A stretch of DNA of 64,000 nucleotides from Macrostomum lignano (taxonomy: Eukaryota). Positions within the stretch are counted from its first letter, which is position 1, and each line of letters starts with the position of its first letter. Shown one piece after another: positions 59,361-64,000 of this stretch. A model generated the notes under the pieces. That model saw only the letters and a program-made list of their open reading frames with translations. It was not told the origin of the DNA and made no database searches. The position numbers and the translations under genes were made by a program. The stretch spans positions 1 through 64,000 of the forward strand of contig NIVC01001862.1 of NCBI GenBank assembly GCA_002269645.1, given 5' to 3'.

Positions 59361-61710
59361 TTGAATCTGCCTCTCCGCTCCCTCAGTGATTGAATCTGCC
59401 TCACTGCTCCCTCAGTGATTGAATCTGCCTCACTGCTCCCTCAGTGATTGAATCTGCCTCTCCGCTCCCTCAGTGATTGAATCTGCCTCTCCGCTCCCTC
59501 AGTGATTGAATCTGCCTCTCTGCTCCCTCAGTGATTGAATCTGCCTCTCCGCTCCCTCAGTGATTGAATCTGCCTCTCCGCTCCCTCAGTGATTGAATCT
59601 GCCTCTCCGCTCCCTCAGTGATTGAATCTGCCTCTCCGCTCCCTCAGTGATTGAATCTGCCTCTCCGCTCCCTCAGTGATTGAATCTGCCTCTCCGCTCC
59701 CTCAGCCCTTCAATCTGCCTCTCCGCTCCCTCAGTGATTGAATCTGCCTCTCCGCTCCCTCAGTGATTGAATCTGCCTCTCCGCTCCCTCAGCCCTTCAA
59801 TCTGCCTCTCCGCTCCCTCAGTGATTGAATCTGCCTCTCCGCTCCCTCAGTGATTGAATCTGCCTCTCCGCTCCCTCAGTGATTGAATCTGCCTCTCTGC
59901 TCCCTCAGTGATTGAATCTGCCTCTCCGCTCCCTCAGTGATTGAATCTGCCTCTCCGCTCCCTCAGTGATTGAATCTGCCTCTCCGCTCCCTCAGTGATT
60001 GAATCTGCCTCTCCGCTCCCTCAGTGATTGAATCTGCCTCTCTGCTCCCTCAGTGATTGAATCTGCCTCTCCGCTCCCTCAGCCCTTCAATCTGCCTCTC
60101 CGCTCCCTCAGTGATTGAATCTGCCTCTCCGCTCCCTCAGTGATTGAATCTGCCTCTCCGCTCCCTCAGTGATTGAATCTGCCTCTCCGCTCCCTCAGTG
60201 ATTGAATCTGCCTCTCCGCTCCCTCAGTGATTGAATCTGCCTCTCCGCTCCCTCAGTGATTGAATCTGCCTCTCTGCTCCCTCAGTGATTGAATCTGCCT
60301 CTCTGCTCCCTCAGTGATTGAATCTGCCTCTCTGCTCCCTCAGTGATTGAATCTGCCTCTCCGCTCCCTCAGTGATTGAATCTGCCTCTCCGCTCCCTCA
60401 GTGATTGAATCTGCCTCTCTGCTCCCTCAGTGATTGAATCTGCCTCTCCGCTCCCTCAGTGATTGAATCTGCCTCTCCGCTCCCTCAGTGATTGAATCTG
60501 CCTCTCTGCTCCCTCAGTGATTGAATCTGCCTCTCCGCTCCCTCAGTGATTGAATCTGCCTCTCTGCTCCCTCAGTGATTGAATCTGCCTCTCCGCTCCC
60601 TCAGTGATTGAATCTGCCTCTCCGCTCCCTCAGTGATTGAATCTGCCTCACTGCTCCCTCAGTGATTGAATCTGCCTCTCCGCTCCCTCAGTGATTGAAT
60701 CTGCCTCACTGCTCCCTCAGTGATTGAATCTGCCTCTCTGCTCCCTCAGTGATTGAATCTGCCTCTCCGCTCCCTCAGTGATTGAATCTGCCTCACTGCT
60801 CCCTCAGTGATTGAATCTGCCTCTCTGCTCCCTCAGTGATTGAATCTGCCTCTCTGCTCCCTCAGTGATTGAATCTGCCTCTCCGCTCCCTCAGTGATTG
60901 AATCTGCCTCTCCGCTCCCTCAGTGATTGAATCTGCCTCTCCGCTCCCTCAGTGATTGAATCTGCCTCTCCGCTCCCTCAGTGATTGAATCTGCCTCTCC
61001 GCTCCCTCAGTGATTGAATCTGCCTCTCCGCTCCCTCAGTGATTGAATCTGCCTCACTGCTCCCTCAGTGATTGAATCTGCCTCACTGCTCCCTCAGTGA
61101 TTGAATCTGCCTCTCCGCTCCCTCAGTGATTGAATCTGCCTCTCCGCTCCCTCAGTGATTGAATCTGCCTCACTGCTCCCTCAGTGATTGAATCTGCCTC
61201 ACTGCTCCCTCAGTGATTGAATCTGCCTCTCCGCTCCCTCAGTGATTGAATCTGCCTCTCCGCTCCCTCAGTGATTGAATCTGCCTCTCCGCTCCCTCAG
61301 TGATTGAATCTGCCTCTCCGCTCCCTCAGTGATTGAATCTGCCTCTCCGCTCCCTCAGTGATTGAATCTGCCTCTCCGCTCCCTCAGTGATTGAATCTGC
61401 CTCTCTGCTCCCTCAGTGATTCAATCTGCCTCTCCGCTCCTCCCTGAGTCCCTGAATCTGCCTCTCCGCTTCTCAGTCTCCCTGAATCTGCCTCTCCGCT
61501 TCTCAGTCTCCCTGAATCTGCCTCTCCGCTCCTCAGTCTCCCTGAATCTGCCTTTCGGCTCCCTCAGTCCCTGAATCTGCTTCTCGGCTCCCTCAGTCCC
61601 TGAATCTGCCTCTCGGCTCCCTCAGTCCCTGAATCTGCCTCTCGGCTCCCTCAGTCCCTGAATCTGCTTCTCGGCTCCCTCAGTCCCTGAATCTGCCTCT
61701 CGGCTCCCTT
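59361..61710 (+). repeat. Minisatellite array C, 29-bp unit tctgcctctccgctccctcagtgattgaa (~70 copies) ending in gtccctgaa-type copies
   Basis: Period 29; same 20-bp core as arrays A and B. Confidence 0.95.
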
Positions 61711-63219
61711 GAACCTGCTCAGTGCATATTAAGTGGCGCACAATTAGTGAGGTAGAAATATCTACCCTTGAAGTTATTCAAATGACTAATATTATTCTTC
61801 AATCCAGTTTTAGAAGTGTCTTTTTTGCTTCACTTGAATTTATGAAAAAGCCTTCTTGGTTTGAAGAAGACCGTTGGCGGTTAGCATAGAGAAACCATCT
61901 AAGTTAGCACAGCCGGCGGAAACACATACAGTTGCAAGAGATAATCTCTTTGCAAGAAGCGGAGAACATTTTTTCAGTAAGATAGAAAGAGCAAACTATT
62001 GAATTATTGAGCAGGCATCGACTCCCAGATTAAGGAAGGACCCAGAGCTCACTCTTTGCAGTCCTCGATCTCTGCCTTGCGGAGAAAATTGGTCCTCATG
62101 TCACAGAGAGACAGACAGACACTGAGAGGGGGACAGAGAGGGCGGAGCGCCCAGATTCACGTCCAGAGTGCGTGAAAGTTGTTCTCGAAAATCGTTTTCC
62201 CATGCACTCTCTGAACTTCTGTGCGATCCCCTACCGCGTCTAACTAACCAGATCATCGGGTGGATTAGCGGGACTCAGTGAGACAGCGCATGCTTGGGTG
62301 GGTTGCAGACTCTCTGGTGAAACCGACAGTGACCGAACAGTCTTTGTGACTGCGACAGACATTCTGTCAGCTTTCGTTTATTTTATAGTTTTTGGCTCAG
62401 GGGCAAGAGTATTGTGTGCGCCCCTTGTGCTAAAAGACTAGACCCCTTCCGAAAAATTCTTGGTTTCCCCTAAGGGGGGCCGAGTGCTAGTCCATCTATA
62501 CTAAACATGTACCTCATAGAATATTAGCTAAAGTCTCGCGAAAAATTTCCGGAAAACTGTTTTTGATGTTTTTAGGTTTTCGGGTTTCGAATTCAAAATC
62601 GATGTCCCTGTCGCGTTTGATTTTCGATTTTAGGCAGGTCTTTTGATCTTTGACTTGGATTTTCCCTGCCCTTTGCTTCCTTTCTGTAAAGAAATTCGTC
62701 TTTAAAAGAAAGCCTGTTATTTGATACTTTCATTTAAAAGCTTTCGCAACAGTAGCGGGTCGGTTCTCTGCCTTCTCTGGTAGTTTCTTTCTCCTTCAAA
62801 TTAAGTTACAGAATATGTACTTTTAACGGTTGAACTTTTAAGCTGCTGCTCCTCCTCTACTTTCTCAGCAATTGTCATTCCACATTAGCATTTTCTGTCT
62901 CTTGATTTTTTGTCTTTTCAGGTCTGACTCACAATCTACTGCTTACTTGTCAACTTTTCTATATCGCTTTCATACATCGTCATCGCAAAAGTTCTCATCA
63001 AGGTGCGCAACTTTCCAAGTTATCGCGGAAACAGTAAAATTATAGAACTGCACAGACCAGCTAGAACCGACTAGTATTAATTATTTATCTGCGGCTGCCA
63101 ACCTAGTTAGCTTCCAGTTTAGCAGTGCCAACAAGTTTCCTGAAGAGCGTTTACAATGTCCGCTCGTAAGCTTATTTTATTGCAGTCTTTTACAATCACT
63201 AGTTAATACCTGGAACGAT

Positions 63220-64000
<781 letters not shown>

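Overview
Eukaryotic (metazoan) genomic DNA: spliceosomal GT-AG introns, CpG-rich exons, and introns inflated by many micro- and minisatellites. The style resembles a free-living flatworm such as Macrostomum, but that is inference only. Nine protein-coding genes could be reconstructed by hand. They are: a 5'-truncated DEG/ENaC channel whose ectodomain carries two tandem atypical kringle domains (the main finding); ZNHIT3 with an RGG-rich N-terminal extension; a second DEG/ENaC channel; ELP6; three orphan single-pass membrane proteins (two with PPxY motifs, one of these also with a TSP1-like domain); an SLC17A9-like MFS transporter; and an SLC9B/NHA-type Na+/H+ antiporter with a one-base frameshift and a His-rich tail. 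Non-coding features include a tRNA-derived CORE-SINE, a TA-flanked Tc1/mariner-type MITE with 222-bp TIRs, three arrays of one 29/30-bp satellite family, a 106-bp higher-order repeat built from five ~21-bp monomers, and a sharply CpG-depleted ~5 kb block. All family assignments rest on motif recognition by eye; no database search was run.
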